A DNA stretch of 49,613 nt from Eukaryota sp. GEM-RC1. Its lineage: Eukaryota. The notes beneath the pieces are model-generated. The model did not search any database, was not told the origin of the DNA, and saw only the letters and a program-made list of their open reading frames with translations. Positions 1 through 12,931 of the stretch are shown here, in pieces. Location of the stretch: contig JAUFOQ010000010.1 in the NCBI GenBank assembly GCA_040285855.1, positions 2,046,001-2,095,613 of the forward strand, read 5' to 3'. The position numbers were made by a program, and so were the translations under genes. Numbering within the stretch: the stretch's first letter is position 1; each line of letters starts with the position of its first letter.

Positions 1-279
1 TCGTATTTACTGAATCAAAATAGAAGACATAATTTTAATAGAAAAGAACGCTATCGTATTTAATCCTTCCCACTTAAGGAAGTTTCGGCAACGTTAAGAC
101 CTCAATGTTTCTATGTTAGGCTTCATGAAAAGATGTTTTCAGGGGTTTTGCTTGAATTTAGCAAAAGACTCTATTTATTAAAAAGGATTGAGTACTAGTC
201 AAAATACTGTAAATAGTTGGAACAATCTTGCGTAATAACATGCGAATTTTCAGAAGGAAAAGTGTACAAATATTTTACA

Positions 280-897
280 TTTTAAATAATTTACTTTCTA
301 CTCTTTTTCTTTCGACCTCCAGATTTAGTTTTTTCACTGCCAATGAAGTTGTTCCAAAATCAGTAACTTCTGATGACGCGATCTTTCCAAGTATAAACTC
401 TTTATACTTGGTCTGAATCTCTTACCTTCACCTGGAACACATTGAAAGATGAGACTCCACTTCCCTTTATACTTTTCATAAAACTCTAGAACTTGTTCCT
501 GTTCAAATTGAGTTAATCCAGAAGAAGATTCCTCTCTTACATCAGTTTCGGCTTGCAAAAACGAATCAATGTCTTTTTCATCAAATCTGCTTGCGTTGAA
601 GATTTGCATGACAGCTTCGAATTTCTGATCTTGAGATAGATTATCCCAATCTCCTAGGTCAACATCTTGCTTGGTTTGATCATAAAAGGCACGTGAATCT
701 GGGTCTTTAAGACAAGTGAAGACTTTGCCGAGGTCTTGAAATTCTGTAGTGGCATCAGGATTGTCAGGGTTTTTATCTGGATGACATTCAACTGCCAGTT
801 TAAGATAAGCTCTACGGATTTCCTTGGCAGATGCAGACTGATCAACACCCAAGACTTCATAGTAGGATTTGCCTTTAAATCGTGTAGATTCGATCAT
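280..897 (-). CDS. DnaJ/Hsp40 J-domain protein (DNAJC9-like); C-terminal frame break near 410
   Basis: YYEVLGV...AYLKLAVECHPDKN...FQDL...LKDPDSRAFYD J-domain with HPD motif. Likely ATG at 897 (MIESTRF). An alternative frame gives a plausible tail KYKEFILGKIASSEV; 3' end approximate. Confidence 0.85.
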
Positions 898-970
898 AAG
901 GAAAAGGAAAGATTTTTGACTGCAGAACCACCTGACAAGAAGTGAAAGAGAAGAATCCTCAAAATCCTCA

Positions 971-2052
971 ATGGACTCACCAAAAGGCAATTGGTCAACA
1001 AAAGGCGTTTTTTCTCCAGTACCTGATGGAATCTCAGCTAGAGCTGCACTCTCACTTGAAATTCCACAGCCTTTAGATCCTCCAGAAACCACTTCCAGAT
1101 CTTCGTCACGTCCTGAAAGACCTTGCGTAATCACTGATTACAGTAGTCCAGTACCCCTTAGACGTCGTCTATCTACTCCCAAATCAAAACGCAGTTCTCT
1201 ACTTGATAAACATACTCATCAACGAACACCTTCATCCTCATTTCAACGGCAATCCATTGCTACCAACACTTCTATCTTTTCTCTAGAACAACTTCTTGAG
1301 TCTTGCTCTCTTAACCTCAAACCCCCTCCCTCCATTCATTAGACTTCTCCAGAGCCACGAGCTCCTCAATGCAGTCCTGTTTGTCTAGTCTTGAATCACA
1401 CTTGTCAGAAATACATGAAGAACTTTTGGAAAGGGCATCTGATTTTGATCGTCTTTCAAACGCAGGGAAATTGTTTTATGACTATATCACGTTGAAAAGT
1501 GCCGCTGATTCATCAGAGGGATGTGATAGTTGTAGACCTGTTCAGAATGTGGTAGATTATTTGAAAATATTCGAAAATTTAAAACCATGGCTTCCAAAGT
1601 TTGCAATTCCATCTACTTCCAAACCTGTTGTTACTAGAACTCTAATAGAAGGAGAACAAATAAGTCAAGAGAAGTCATCTGATGTAGAGCTCAGAGTCAT
1701 TCCAAATCTTTGTCCGTGTGATTCAATTATTCTAAATTTGTTTAAAGAAATGCAATCGTGGTTTGCACTATTTTTAATTTTTTCATTGACCAATGCTGAT
1801 GTATATGTTCGAGATTTGTCACGAATTTTTAAAAATTCTCACCTACAATCAAATCATTTCGTTGCTTTACAGAAGTGGATTAAGTTTTCTGAGAATTTTG
1901 GTTTTGAGAATCTTTCGTTGAACAAAATTCGTGATTTAATTTCAAATTTTTATTGATTGATTCATGTTTGATATTCTTTTTGGGACTTCTGTTGAAATCC
2001 ATCTGTAATTGTAATCAGCGACTCGAAGAAGAGCTGATTTTTAAAGAATCAT
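971..2052 (+). CDS. Hypothetical protein, Ser/Pro-rich N-terminus; probably one gene split by frameshifts
   Basis: Consecutive ORFs 971-1342 and 1369-1956 are joinable at the C-run near 1322-1332. A further open frame continues after 1956. Divergent from DnaJ. Confidence 0.5.
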
Positions 2053-2254
2053 AATACTTCTTACTGATTCGATACGTTAACGTTTCAGCCTGCATCATTT
2101 TTGATTGGAAAAGTGTTCAGTGTAATTTATCACGTGTAGGTGAGGTAAAACTAGATTGTGTTAAAGGTTGATCATTTTATGAAGAATGTATGTGTACATG
2201 TCGTATTTGAATTCAAATATTGGGTTAAAACATTTGTTGAAAATTTTAAATAAT

Positions 2255-2766
2255 TCAAGGCGTCATTGAACGGTCTACTGTTAAATATTGATTCTGGTTT
2301 CGCCAAGTAAGTAATAGTTTCATGAAATACGTCACCCCATAAATCGAAATTCCAAGAAAAATTCCCAATTCGAAAAATATTAAAATAATTGCAGTAATAG
2401 GAGCTGCATCTATTTGAAATGGACTATGTATAGCCCCAAAAACAATCAGAGCAGAATAAATCAGAAAAAACAAAGAAATCAAAGTAGAGATCAAAATTCC
2501 AATCAATCGAGGAACTTCTCCTTGTGGAAGTCGCATCTTTTCCACTGACATAAAGGCAGAGATCTACTACAAACACGAAAGGATTCTGAGCAGAGTTCAC
2601 ACGTTGTTTTCCCTCTAAAAGAAGTCCAGGTTTGCAGGCAATCAACATGTAGAAATTGGAGGGAACCTTTACATCCACAGAGAGAGAACAAAGGAGGATC
2701 TGAGGACCTGCAGATTCGGCAGAAAGGGGAGTCGTCGTTGGAGTCATCAGAGTCAGAGAGAGACAT
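2255..2766 (-). CDS. RING-CH (MARCH-type) membrane E3 ubiquitin ligase
   Basis: CRIC...CGCKGSLQFLHVDCLQTW...CELC C4HC3 RINGv followed by two hydrophobic helices. One extra A in TGGAAAAG (~2540) joins the two ORFs. Confidence 0.85.
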
Positions 2767-3327
2767 TGGAAGGACCACAGAGGAGTACCAGATTAAATGA
2801 AACCTTGTAAGATATCAAGCTGGTTCTGAGTTAGTAGGATTACTGGAATCCTGGGCAACGCTGACACGTGTTAGAGAGCAGCAGGAGTCAAGACTGAAAC
2901 AATGCTTTCTTTAGCAAATTTAGGGTCTGAGAGATGATCAGAGGAAGGCATACTGAGGACACTCGATTCAAGCCATGGACAGTAAAGAACCTCAGTGAAA
3001 TAAAACAAGATAAAGACTGCTGATTGCCAGTGGCAGGTTAGGGATTATGGGTTTTAGTATAGAAAAGTAAGCACTAGTTTCGATTACTCATCTTCTGGAA
3101 GACAGAGGAGTAACATATACAGATATAGGTCTAGGTCTAGGTGTGAAACATGAAAAGAAACTAAGATCGAAGACCGTATTAGATCTTGCCGAATCATCCA
3201 TTATGTTTATGTTGTATGCGAGGAGTAGAAGGAAGTAGCTTTATATAGCTGTTTAGGATGGATAGAAACATCCACTTTGTGAGTTATCATGAAAAGAAAC
3301 TTTTTGGGACCCTCTTTCTTTTTTAAC

Positions 3328-4683
3328 ATGGGTTTGTCACCCCATCTCTTGTCTTATCTAAGGTAAGGAAAAAACTCATTGCAATCTCGTCGTTATCGGT
3401 CACGTTGATGTCGGTAAATCTACTACTACCGGACATTTGATCTACAAGTGTGGTGGTGTTGATGAACGTACCATCGCTAAGTTCGAAAAGGAAGCCAACG
3501 AGCTCGGTAAGGGTTCTTTCAAGTACGCTTGGGTTCTCGATAAGCTGAAGGCTGAACGTGAACGTGGTATCACCATTGATATCGCTCTCTGGAAGTTCGA
3601 AACCGCCAAGTTCCAATTCACTATCATTGATGCCCCCGGTCATAGAGATTTCATCAAGAACATGATCACTGGTACTTCTCAAGCTGATGTCGCTATTCTT
3701 ATTGTCGCTGCTGGTGTTGGTGAATTCGAAGCCGGTATCTCAGAACAAGGTCAAACTCGTGAACATGCCCTCCTCGCTTTTACTCTCGGTGTCAAGCAAA
3801 TGATTGTTGGTGTTAACAAAATGGATGACAAATCCTGTAAGTTTTCTGAGGCCAGATTCAACGAAATCAAGGGTGAAGTCTCTGGTTTCTTAAAGAGAAT
3901 CGGTTTCAAGGTTGAAAAGATCCCCTTCGTCCCAATCTCTGGTTTCAATGGTGATAACATGCTCGAAAGATCTGCCAACACTCCCTGGTATAAGGGACCC
4001 ATCCTCATCGAAGCTCTCGATAACATCACTCCCCCCAAGCGTCCCACGGATAAGCCTCTCAGACTTCCCCCCTTCAGGATGTATACAAAATTGGTGGTAT
4101 TGGTACCGTCCCCGTCGGCCGTGTTGAAACTGGTATCCTCAGACCCGGAATCACCGCTATGTTCGCCCCTGCCGGTGTCACTGCTGAAATCAAGTCCGTA
4201 GAAATGCATCATGAATCCGTCCCCGAAGCTCACCCCGGTGACAACGTCGGTTTCAACATCAAGAACGTCTCTGTTAAGGACATCAAGAGAGGATTTGTTG
4301 CCTCCAACAACGCTGATCATCCCGCTGAAGAAACCGCTTCCTTCGAGGCCCAAGTTATCATTATGAACCATCCCGGTCAAATTCGTGCTGGATATGCTCC
4401 CGTCATTGATTGTCATACCGCTCATATTTCTTGCCGATTTGACGCAATCTTGCAAAAGGTTGATCGTAGATCTGGAAAGTTAATTGAAGAAAACCCTGAA
4501 TTCCTCAAGAAGAACGAAGCTGGTATCGTCAGACTTGTTCCCCAAAAACCCATGTGTGTTGAGGCTTTCACTGAATATCCCCCTCTTGGTCGTTTCGCCG
4601 TTCGTGATATGAGATCAACTGTTGCTGTTGGTGTTATCAAGTCTACCGTTAAGGCTGAAAAGAACATCAAGAAGAAGAAGTAA
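3328..4683 (+). CDS. EEF1A: Translation elongation factor 1-alpha (intron 3332-3362; apparent +2 C-run error at ~4067-4072)
   Basis: [85 protein letters not shown] is restored by removing two C. Confidence 0.98.
3332..3362 (+). other. 31-nt spliceosomal intron in EF-1alpha codon 2
   Basis: ATG G|gtttgtcacc...ttatctaag|GT AAG GAA restores the conserved MGKEK start. Confidence 0.9.
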
Positions 4684-5659
4684 AGTTTGCAGTTTTCCCA
4701 AATTCACATAAATCTCGTTTTACTTCTATTGCACAGTACTTAACATAAAAAATACATCATACGTGAGCCAGATTAAAAGCATATTTGCGTATCACACTTT
4801 GCATTTTGTGATACGTGTGAATCACATCACAATCACAGATAATATTGCTCTTACTCAGAAGAACCATACATACACATTCTCGAATCTTCATACTATGAAG
4901 TGATAAAGTACCTCTACTAGTAGCTAAACATTCCATTCTGTTCATCGTATCCAACAACTTGATGATGCTTTAACAGCCGTTGTCTCACATCATTGTTCTG
5001 TTGTTGTTTCTCATCTTCCTTCAAGGTCTACATCACCTTACGAAGCAACCCCAGTTCACACACGTAGAAAACATTCTTCAACATCTACATTTCTCTAAAT
5101 ATAGACATCTCTTGTGAATAGAGTCAACAGAGTAAAGATATAACGTCGAAGGCGCACCATCCTCAAAACGAAGGTGTTTAGATCTATCACCTCTCAATCT
5201 TGAAAGACTTCTTCCCTTGTATCGCCATCACCTCTCTGCTGAACCAATACTATAACCTTAAGCTACGAAGACGAAGAGTTTATCGTGTTGTAAGAACAAA
5301 TACCAGCGCAGAAATGATAAAATGTGTACTATGTGACATAGGTATCCCACCTACATGCAGAAGAAGACGGTAGAGGATGGGTGGATCGAACATAGATCAT
5401 GATGTGAAGACATCATCATTCATCCTTCCTCCCATATACAAATATGGTTTATGTGAAGCTACAGCACGTGAATGTCTTCAGTTGAACTCTTCGTTCCATT
5501 TCATTGGTCAAAATTTGACATCACCACATTTTGGTGTTGACCGCTGATCTCATCATTGGCATGGTTACATCTACTTTGGCGATGAACGAATGGCCCACTC
5601 CTAGTTCTCTTCATTTGCTTTGTATATAAAGACTCAACTCAATTTGTAGAACTGCGCAG

Positions 5660-5733
5660 GGTGTTTATTGGATATAGCGTAAAACTGGATATAGCGTAAG
5701 GACATATAGTGACGCTATAGACAGGGTTGACTG
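5660..5733. mobile_element. Solo right end of a Tc1/pogo-like element
   Basis: Repeated GGATATAGCG motifs ending GGGTTGACTG|TA, the same architecture as the 32883-33841 element. No partner end found. Confidence 0.4.
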
Positions 5734-6274
5734 TAGATATAGAGTTTTTTGGATTTTGGAACTCCACCGAGCCTTCTGACCTTAGATTGTGATTGAGTAA
5801 CAGAGAGTCAAGAGAATCCAGGAGTCGTAAATTTTTGAACTGATTTAACGGAGACTTCCGATGTGGCATCAATTAATCAAATCGGTCTATTGTTAAAAGA
5901 TATTCATTGATTGGCGCAATCGCATTGTTTTTTCCTTATATAGAAGTTTCCCAAAGTATTTGAATCGTATTCTGGACAAATTGTATCGTGGTAGTTCAAG
6001 AGTAGATGTGGATCATTTAATATCTTTTAAGTACTAGTTGTTTGTATTTCGTTAATTTATAACATAAAATTATCTTCATTGTAACTGTGGAAACATAATA
6101 TAATTGCAAAGAACCATTGATGACTCTTAAACATGTGAAACGTGTTGAATGACACAATTCTATTTGTCAACTGATGGATTTCATTAACGTTATCAAATCC
6201 TGTCGTGATCGTTAAAAAAAACCACCTAGTTGTACATTTAAACATGAATGTTTTTTCTTTAAAGAGAGTTTATT

Positions 6275-6673
6275 GACAACAACACTACAGTGTACATACA
6301 TCAAGTAATCTCAAAGACCAGACTGCCCGTCTGGAAATTCTCACCGACCTTATGTTTAGAAAATTTGTTAATCTTCAATATTGCACTCTATAATGTGATT
6401 TCTCAATATCGTCAATGTCCCATCTTTAAAGCTATACAATCATTCCCTTAATATGCTCGTAGTGGGGTCCTTGTAAATCTGTTTTTTTGAATAATCAAAG
6501 AACATTCAAGACCACCAGCGCTGTCGATTTGAAAACAAAAAATTGCAATAGGATTTGCTTTATTATCTCTTGGCAGACATTATGAAGATAAGGTAGGTGA
6601 AAAATTCCAGTTAGGCAATCTGGACTTTGAGGATATTGATTATTAGATGTATGTACACTGTAGTGTTGTTGTC
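6275..6673. mobile_element. MITE with ~80-bp imperfect terminal inverted repeats
   Basis: GACAACAACACTACAGTGTACATACATC... versus ...GATGTATGTACACTGTAGTGTTGTTGTC, flanked by TATT on both sides. Confidence 0.75.
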
Positions 6674-6896
6674 TATTACTTTTAGAATAAATAATTTTCG
6701 ATCAAAAAAAATTGCAATCAGTAAATTTTAAATATCCTAGTCTATCATAGTTTATATTTAACTTATCAATTTGGAATATCAGGTTCTTTTTTTCTTTGTT
6801 CCGATCGCTGATTAAGTTAATTAAATCAATTCCCACGAAGTATTATAAGAATTATGGTCTTGTTTACCAGGAACATTGGATGTCCAGCGTTTCATA

Positions 6897-7508
6897 CATA
6901 GTTGGGAAGTACACTTTTTGTATTGTTTGTGTTGTTTGTATTTTCTGTATTTTTCTGTATTTTTTATATTCGGTTTTAAGTGTTGTTTTTGTATTCTTTG
7001 TATTTTTTCACAAAGTTCATTTTGATTATTCAAGTGGTCATATGCGTCGAATTTGCATGTTTCAGTTATCAGAATAACTAATCAACTCATAAATCAATAA
7101 CATTAAGTTATTAAACAACTTAACAAACACAACATCCATAGTCATCTTCTGTGAAACACATTTTTTACGTCCAGTACCTTTGAATTGGTCGTCAAATAGA
7201 TGGACTAATTAATTATGATCGTTTAATGATTGAGACGTGATCAAAATACGCAATCAACAACGCCAAATTTTAGATGATGAAAGTTCCAGATACACTTTGC
7301 GGATGGTAAACACTCAATATGACTGGTAAATCAGAATGTAGAATCTCATCGTGTCTCAGGATTGAGAGCTATGCGAAATTGTCATTGATTGGTGATATTA
7401 AGCGGTAATTCTAATATTTCAACAAATGAAAATTACAAAATAATATTATGCTAGAAATTTGTATTTTTGTGTATTTTATTTTCGGAGGTGGTGTGTTTCC
7501 GAACTATG
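6897..7508. mobile_element. Degenerate hAT-like MITE
   Basis: CATAGTTGGGAAGTACAC / GTGTGTTTCCGAACTATG imperfect TIRs and GTATTTT subterminal repeats like 28574 and 37928. TSD not recognisable. Confidence 0.5.
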
Positions 7509-7718
7509 AATGTATGGTTCATCTCCACATATAAACACTCTTTTCTCTAGTCAATCATGACTGTCTAAAACTAACCAAAATAGATCACCAAAATATGTCT
7601 GTCACTAATTTCCTGATCAAAGAAGGTCTTTATTAATCTCATTAATTGTCAACCACCGTCAGCTAAAACTCTTTTTTGTTGCTTGTCTATGGAACAGACA
7701 TAATTGCTGAAAAAATTG

Positions 7719-7797
7719 AGAAGCTTCACTGTATTATTGTTTGTTAAACACTAGTAAATTACTAGTGTTTAGAAAACAATGATACAGTGAAGCTTCT
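7719..7797. repeat. 79-nt fold-back palindrome
   Basis: AGAAGCTTCACTGTATTATTGTTTGTTAAACACTAGTAA-A-TTACTAGTGTTTAGAAAACAATGATACAGTGAAGCTTCT; 39-bp arms with 3 mismatches. Confidence 0.9.
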
Positions 7798-9025
7798 TCT
7801 ATTTACTAATACTTGTACTTTCTTTACAAACCTGTCCATCAGATGTTACAGTCATTGTATATATATTCTAGTAATTCAAAATTTAAGAATAATTCGGTAT
7901 GGCTTGCCGCGTTTTCAAATCGAAACCAGTGACTTTTATAAAGAAATCTGGGAACTTAATTAGAGAGACAATACAAGCGTACCGTCTCCTATACTTGTAC
8001 TAGAATCTTTGCTGGTATTACTAAATCCTGTCCTGCTGAATTGAGCACCCTCAATACCAAAATGAAGAGATGCTCTATTAGGCAGATTATAGTACATGTA
8101 TTACCTCGCCGATATATGAATTAGAATAAATCAGTAAGACTGCTAGTCTACGGCTGAGCAAATTCCAGCTCTTCCAGATCTATATCGGACCACTCTAAGC
8201 CGTGTCGGATTACTCTTATCGTTCGAGTGACGATCTCTTTCTTGACGATCACTGTCAGTCATTAAACATGCGTATGTGTCCCGTAATTGAGCCTGGTAGT
8301 CTTGGTCATAATTTGAAATCCCAGTGTAACTGTTTTAGTTTTTTCAGAATTAAGGTTCATGATTCAAAAAGTTATCAATTGCTAGTATATTGTGTCTGTA
8401 GATCTTATGGAATATTCTGGGCTAGTTCGCTTGATGATACAGATGTTGACATATTGGATCGAATTCTAGATTAGGAAATGGTGATATTAAATTAACTAGT
8501 CTCGATGTTCTTTCATTTTTTCTGATGTTAACTCTAATGATGTTTGTAATGATTCCAACAGGAAAATGATCAACTACCGCTAGGAAGTAAAAGTGGAAAA
8601 GTACGGTGCCATAATGGAAATATTCAATTCTGTTTCACAGGCGAATCAGTACGATCATGTCTTGATAACTTTGTGAAAAATGCAATTAATGTTCTTTCAG
8701 TGTTGAAAATGACAAAACATATGGACTTTTGAAATTTGTTTTTTTTTGAAAAAAATAGATTTGTGTTCTCCACCGTTACAGCTATGGTGACTTTCTTTCA
8801 AATGCTGCTGCATTATCTATTGGATTGATTATTAGAAGTGTTTAGTTCTGACATCGACGATAGTGGTGGTTCTAAATGGGTTACTAAAAGAAGTTGAACG
8901 TGTAGTTATGGAAAATGAAAACACTTGCGGGTCCAGATTTGTGTAAATGTATTAATAAACACGTGGACAGTAATAATATATCATAGGTCTTAAAGATCCT
9001 TTCAGTAACAAGATTTTTATTTACA

Positions 9026-10113
9026 CTAACAAAGAGCTATTCGCTGACAGATTTCTTCAGGAGAAATAGTTCCTTTGATGATGTCATCAAGGAAACTCTC
9101 AATTGTGTCTAATGTTTTAACACATACAAGAGAATGCTTGGTAGCACAATACATTTTAGCTACTTTCAACATTGAATGAACCTGGTATTCATCCAAATTG
9201 TGGACATAGCTTAAAACATTTTTACAAGTACCACAAAAGGACGAAGAAGCCAATAGCTCATCCCGTTGGCAAAGTCTTAGAGTTTGGCACAAAAGATCGG
9301 GCGGGAACTTGGCGATAAGCAGGGTTATCATCTCATCAATTGTTTCTTGAATTGTTCGTTCACATAAATCCTGAAACATTGCTGGTACAGCTGCACAGCC
9401 TTCCTTCAGGAACTTTTCAATGTCAGACCTGGTACTCTTGTCATTGATTTTATCTTCAATGGCAGACATTAAGAAGGAGCAGATCCAACAAACTGGTGAG
9501 AAGCGTTCGTCATCGTCATCGGCATCATTGGTGGTGGCCATTACATTAGAATCACATATAGAAATCCACTCACAGACTTCTTTAGGATCAACGTCGTTAA
9601 CCAGAAAGTCAATAATGGAATCGAGGTACATTTTCTCCATCAACAGACAAGTTTCCTTATAGAGGATATTTGGTATTGAATGGCACATTTGATGTAAGGA
9701 TTCATGGAGGACATCTCGTTCTAGATCAAGTCTCTTTTCAATCCAATTGACAACAAATTGACAGATTTTGCACGAAACAAAGTTGTTCTCGACACTGTGA
9801 GGTTCAGATAGGTGTAGATGAACGCAGATCTGCTTTGGGGATGCATCTGTCTTGATAAGATCATATATTTGGAAACGTAAATGTGCGTTTTCTGGAAGGC
9901 ATAAAGAATTAAGGTTATTCTGGGAGCAACGTAGATCAATGATATCTATCACATGGGCTGGTGAATGATAAAGGAGACCACCAACATCAAGTTCAATTTC
10001 TGAGGTGAACCACTCTCTAACAACAAACGCTTCACAAATTCCTCACATTCTCTATCTGCTTTCACAAGAACCACTAGCAGTACAGCTATGACCAGTAGTA
10101 CAAGTACTCTCAT
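9026..10113 (-). CDS. Prosaposin-like multi-saposin-B-domain protein
   Basis: Signal peptide MRVLVLLVIAVLLVVLVKA from ATG 10113 (frame break ~10040). Repeated CxxC...C...C...PxxxCxxIxxC saposin motifs (CKIC, CWIC, CGTC). Confidence 0.9.
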
Positions 10114-10230
10114 TTTGTTGCTGGAAACTAGTTATCTCAATTCATTTATACCAGATATCTCTCCTTCTTTACTGTAAATTTACAGTATAACTTAAGTTCA
10201 AGTAGTCACAGTTTCATTTTCACTGTTCAA

Positions 10231-11077
10231 ATGACTAGTATTGGGGAAACTCTGCTATCAAAGAAAACCAACAACGACCTTTTCTTCATTTAAGAATGTG
10301 CTTCTCAAAGCTACATTCTTTGTCGCGGTCTTTGTGCTGTGGATTTGGCTGTTTTCCAGCAAGTTTTGGCAGAGCTGGCCACCAGCCGATTGCCTTCCAG
10401 ATCATTGTTATTGCGAAGGTCCTTTCCACACTAATGTCAGACAGCCAGTCAATGCTTTTTCTGGATTCATCTTCATTTGGATCGCTTTCAAATTATTGTC
10501 CATTGTCCAGATACATGACAATGATGTCCTCCTAGCACAAATCTGTAACTGGATAGTACTAGTTGTACTACTCTTTTTGGCTGGTGTTGCTTCATTCTTC
10601 TTCCATGCTTCACTCACTCTCAGTGCTGATAAGCTTGATGCCTTAGTTGGTGTCTTGCTGGCTCTCTGGATAGCAGTCTTCTCATTGTCTCGGCTCCTGT
10701 TCGTATTTTGGAATGTCATTGATGTTCATCAAATTTTTACCATCTTCTTCTACCCATCTGCCATCCTATGCTTCCTTCTTTTCATCGTTATAAGCCATTT
10801 CTTCTGGACCATTTGGACTCTTATTGGACTCCTCATAGTGGCTGCTATTGTTCTTGAAATCATTAGAAGTCTGAAGCTGTGGACTTTACCTCACAAGAAA
10901 CTTTTCTTTACCATTTTGTTTGTCATCATTGGCTTATGCTTCTGGGTTTTGGATTTCCAATGGTGGTTCTGCAAGCCATCAAGTATTTTCCAAGGTCATG
11001 CACTTTTCCATGTAGCTCTAGCTTTTGCTTTGAAGTTTATTATTAGAGTTTTTTCAGATGAATATCAGAATGAGTAG
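10231..11077 (+). CDS. Ceramidase-like (CREST superfamily) multi-pass membrane protein
   Basis: YCE, QPVNAFS, SFFFHAS, D, QGHALFH motifs and about 7-8 TM helices. The ATG at 10231 needs a 1-nt correction in the G-run. Confidence 0.75.
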
Positions 11078-11237
11078 TGGCTTTGTGTTTGTGTCTAAAT
11101 CTCTTTTGATGTTGTTTTGAATTAAGGTTTCCAGTAAATATAGCATTCTAATAGGGTAGAACATAAAGTTACAGATATTTATGATAAAGATTGTTACTGA
11201 AACTAGAAAGTGAGTGTGGATATAAAAAACAACCATC

Positions 11238-11540
11238 TCAAGGTCCAATTCTAGTACGGAGAGCATTGATAACATATTGACGATCATGTGGCTTATATGC
11301 TGCGAGTTTTGGTTCCCACACCATACACACAATGTCACCTAGGCCAGCAACCCAATGGCAAACCTCTTGAACGGTGTAGCGGATGTTACGTACTCCCGGA
11401 TTTGACTTCTTCAGCTCTTCTTCATAATATAAACAAAGGCCGTGAAGAGCTTCAGAAACCGAAGGAAAATCGATATATGTACGAGTGTTGACAGATTTAG
11501 TTCCCTGAATTAGGAGAAGAGTGTGTTTAGGTTCAGTCAT
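11238..11540 (-). CDS. ERH: Enhancer of rudimentary homolog
   Basis: HTLLLIQ...TRTYIDFPSVSEALHGLCLYYEEELKKSNP...IRYTV...GDIVCMV...YKPHDRQYV. Confidence 0.93.
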   Translation of the reverse strand: MTEPKHTLLLIQGTKSVNTRTYIDFPSVSEALHGLCLYYEEELKKSNPGVRNIRYTVQEVCHWVAGLGDIVCMVWEPKLAAYKPHDRQYVINALRTRIGP

Positions 11541-11982
11541 GAAGCGACAGTGGTAGTTTGAGATGAAAGATTTGAAGCCACTTTTTGGATTCTGAAACAG
11601 AGTCAGCAAACACGCGGTGTTCAGTATTTTGAAAGCGTGTCAACACGTACTGACACGTGTTTGCTCACTCTAATTCAATTCCAAATTTGCCATTTGACAA
11701 ACCACATACTGAAAACTTTGCATGACATAACGTCAAGAACAGAAATGAAAGTTATGAAATGCAGTTTATTGCGAATAAGATCGTCTTTCTTTTGGCTCAA
11801 AAAACAATGTGAAACTAAGTTTTTTTTGAAAAAACTCAATTCAAATAACACATCGTTCTAATCCAATGACGAAAGATACATGATACTCGGTAACCAAAAG
11901 TAACACGTGATCATCACGTCATCATTAAGGCTTGAATTCGAAAATGGAAATCACTTTGTCACACAAAAAGAAACTTCCAAAT

Positions 11983-12931
11983 TTAATTTCCAAAGATTGC
12001 TTCTTTTTGAATTAATTCAACACATTGTTTAAAATACATACGACAATCCTTCACTTCAAGTAAAGAACTTAACAAATTTAAAAATCCTCTTAAAACAGCA
12101 AGATCTGAATGAGTGAGATACCAAGAAGTCCAGTCCAAATCAGATTTTTTCAAAATTTGTACAATTAAAATTTTAAGCTCTACATTTAAAGACAAATGAG
12201 AAAGTAATAGAAGAGATCTCGCCTTGGTTAAATCACAAGTAGAGAACTTTAAAAAATCTACAACTTTTTCAATGACTGAAGTTCGCTCTCCCAAAGAATT
12301 AAACAATTCAGCAATTTTCAAATAATTAATTCTTGTCACAATTGGAGCAAAAATATTTAAAAAATCACATGCTATATCTGAATCAAGAATTTGATTGATC
12401 AATGGAACAGTTTTTCTTAGTGAACAGAAAACACTTTCGTGAAAAGAATCGGAATGAGTTAGTATATTGTTGAGAACTTGTAGAGAAGAAGGTATCAGAG
12501 TAAATCCATCACAGTCTTTGGTGAGCAATCGGTCAAAATCCAGATCGAATATGACGTGGAATTGATCGTGATACTTGGAACAACTCGTGGCATTAAAAAA
12601 GACAGTCAATAGCTTTTCCTGCTAAACTTTCCTCATCAAAAGCGTTGAACACAATGGAGCAGTAATCGGCATTGTTGAGAAGTGGAACGATGTGTGGTGG
12701 TTTAGAAAGAATGTGAACAAAGTCAAGACATTCCTCGTATACACTAGAATCGGCTTGTACAGCTGACAACAGTCTGGAGAAGGTGTCAGGATAATGGAGA
12801 AATAGTGTGATGTTGGATCTCTTCCTGCAAAAAGCTTTGATGTTGAGAAGAGACTGAGGAGCATTGTCATCCAGCCACAGGAGTTGATCTATAAGTTCGT
12901 GTTGACCAATGTACTGAATTGGGCTTGACAT
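11983..12931 (-). CDS. Hypothetical helical protein (two ORFs joined at A-run ~12595)
   Basis: Overlapping ORFs 12593-12931 and 11983-12609, Leu-rich; no recognisable motif. Confidence 0.55.

Noticed and set aside
3323..4670. Antisense ORFs over EF-1alpha and similar shadow ORFs elsewhere
   Set aside because: They are by-products of codon bias on the opposite strand and show no protein motifs.
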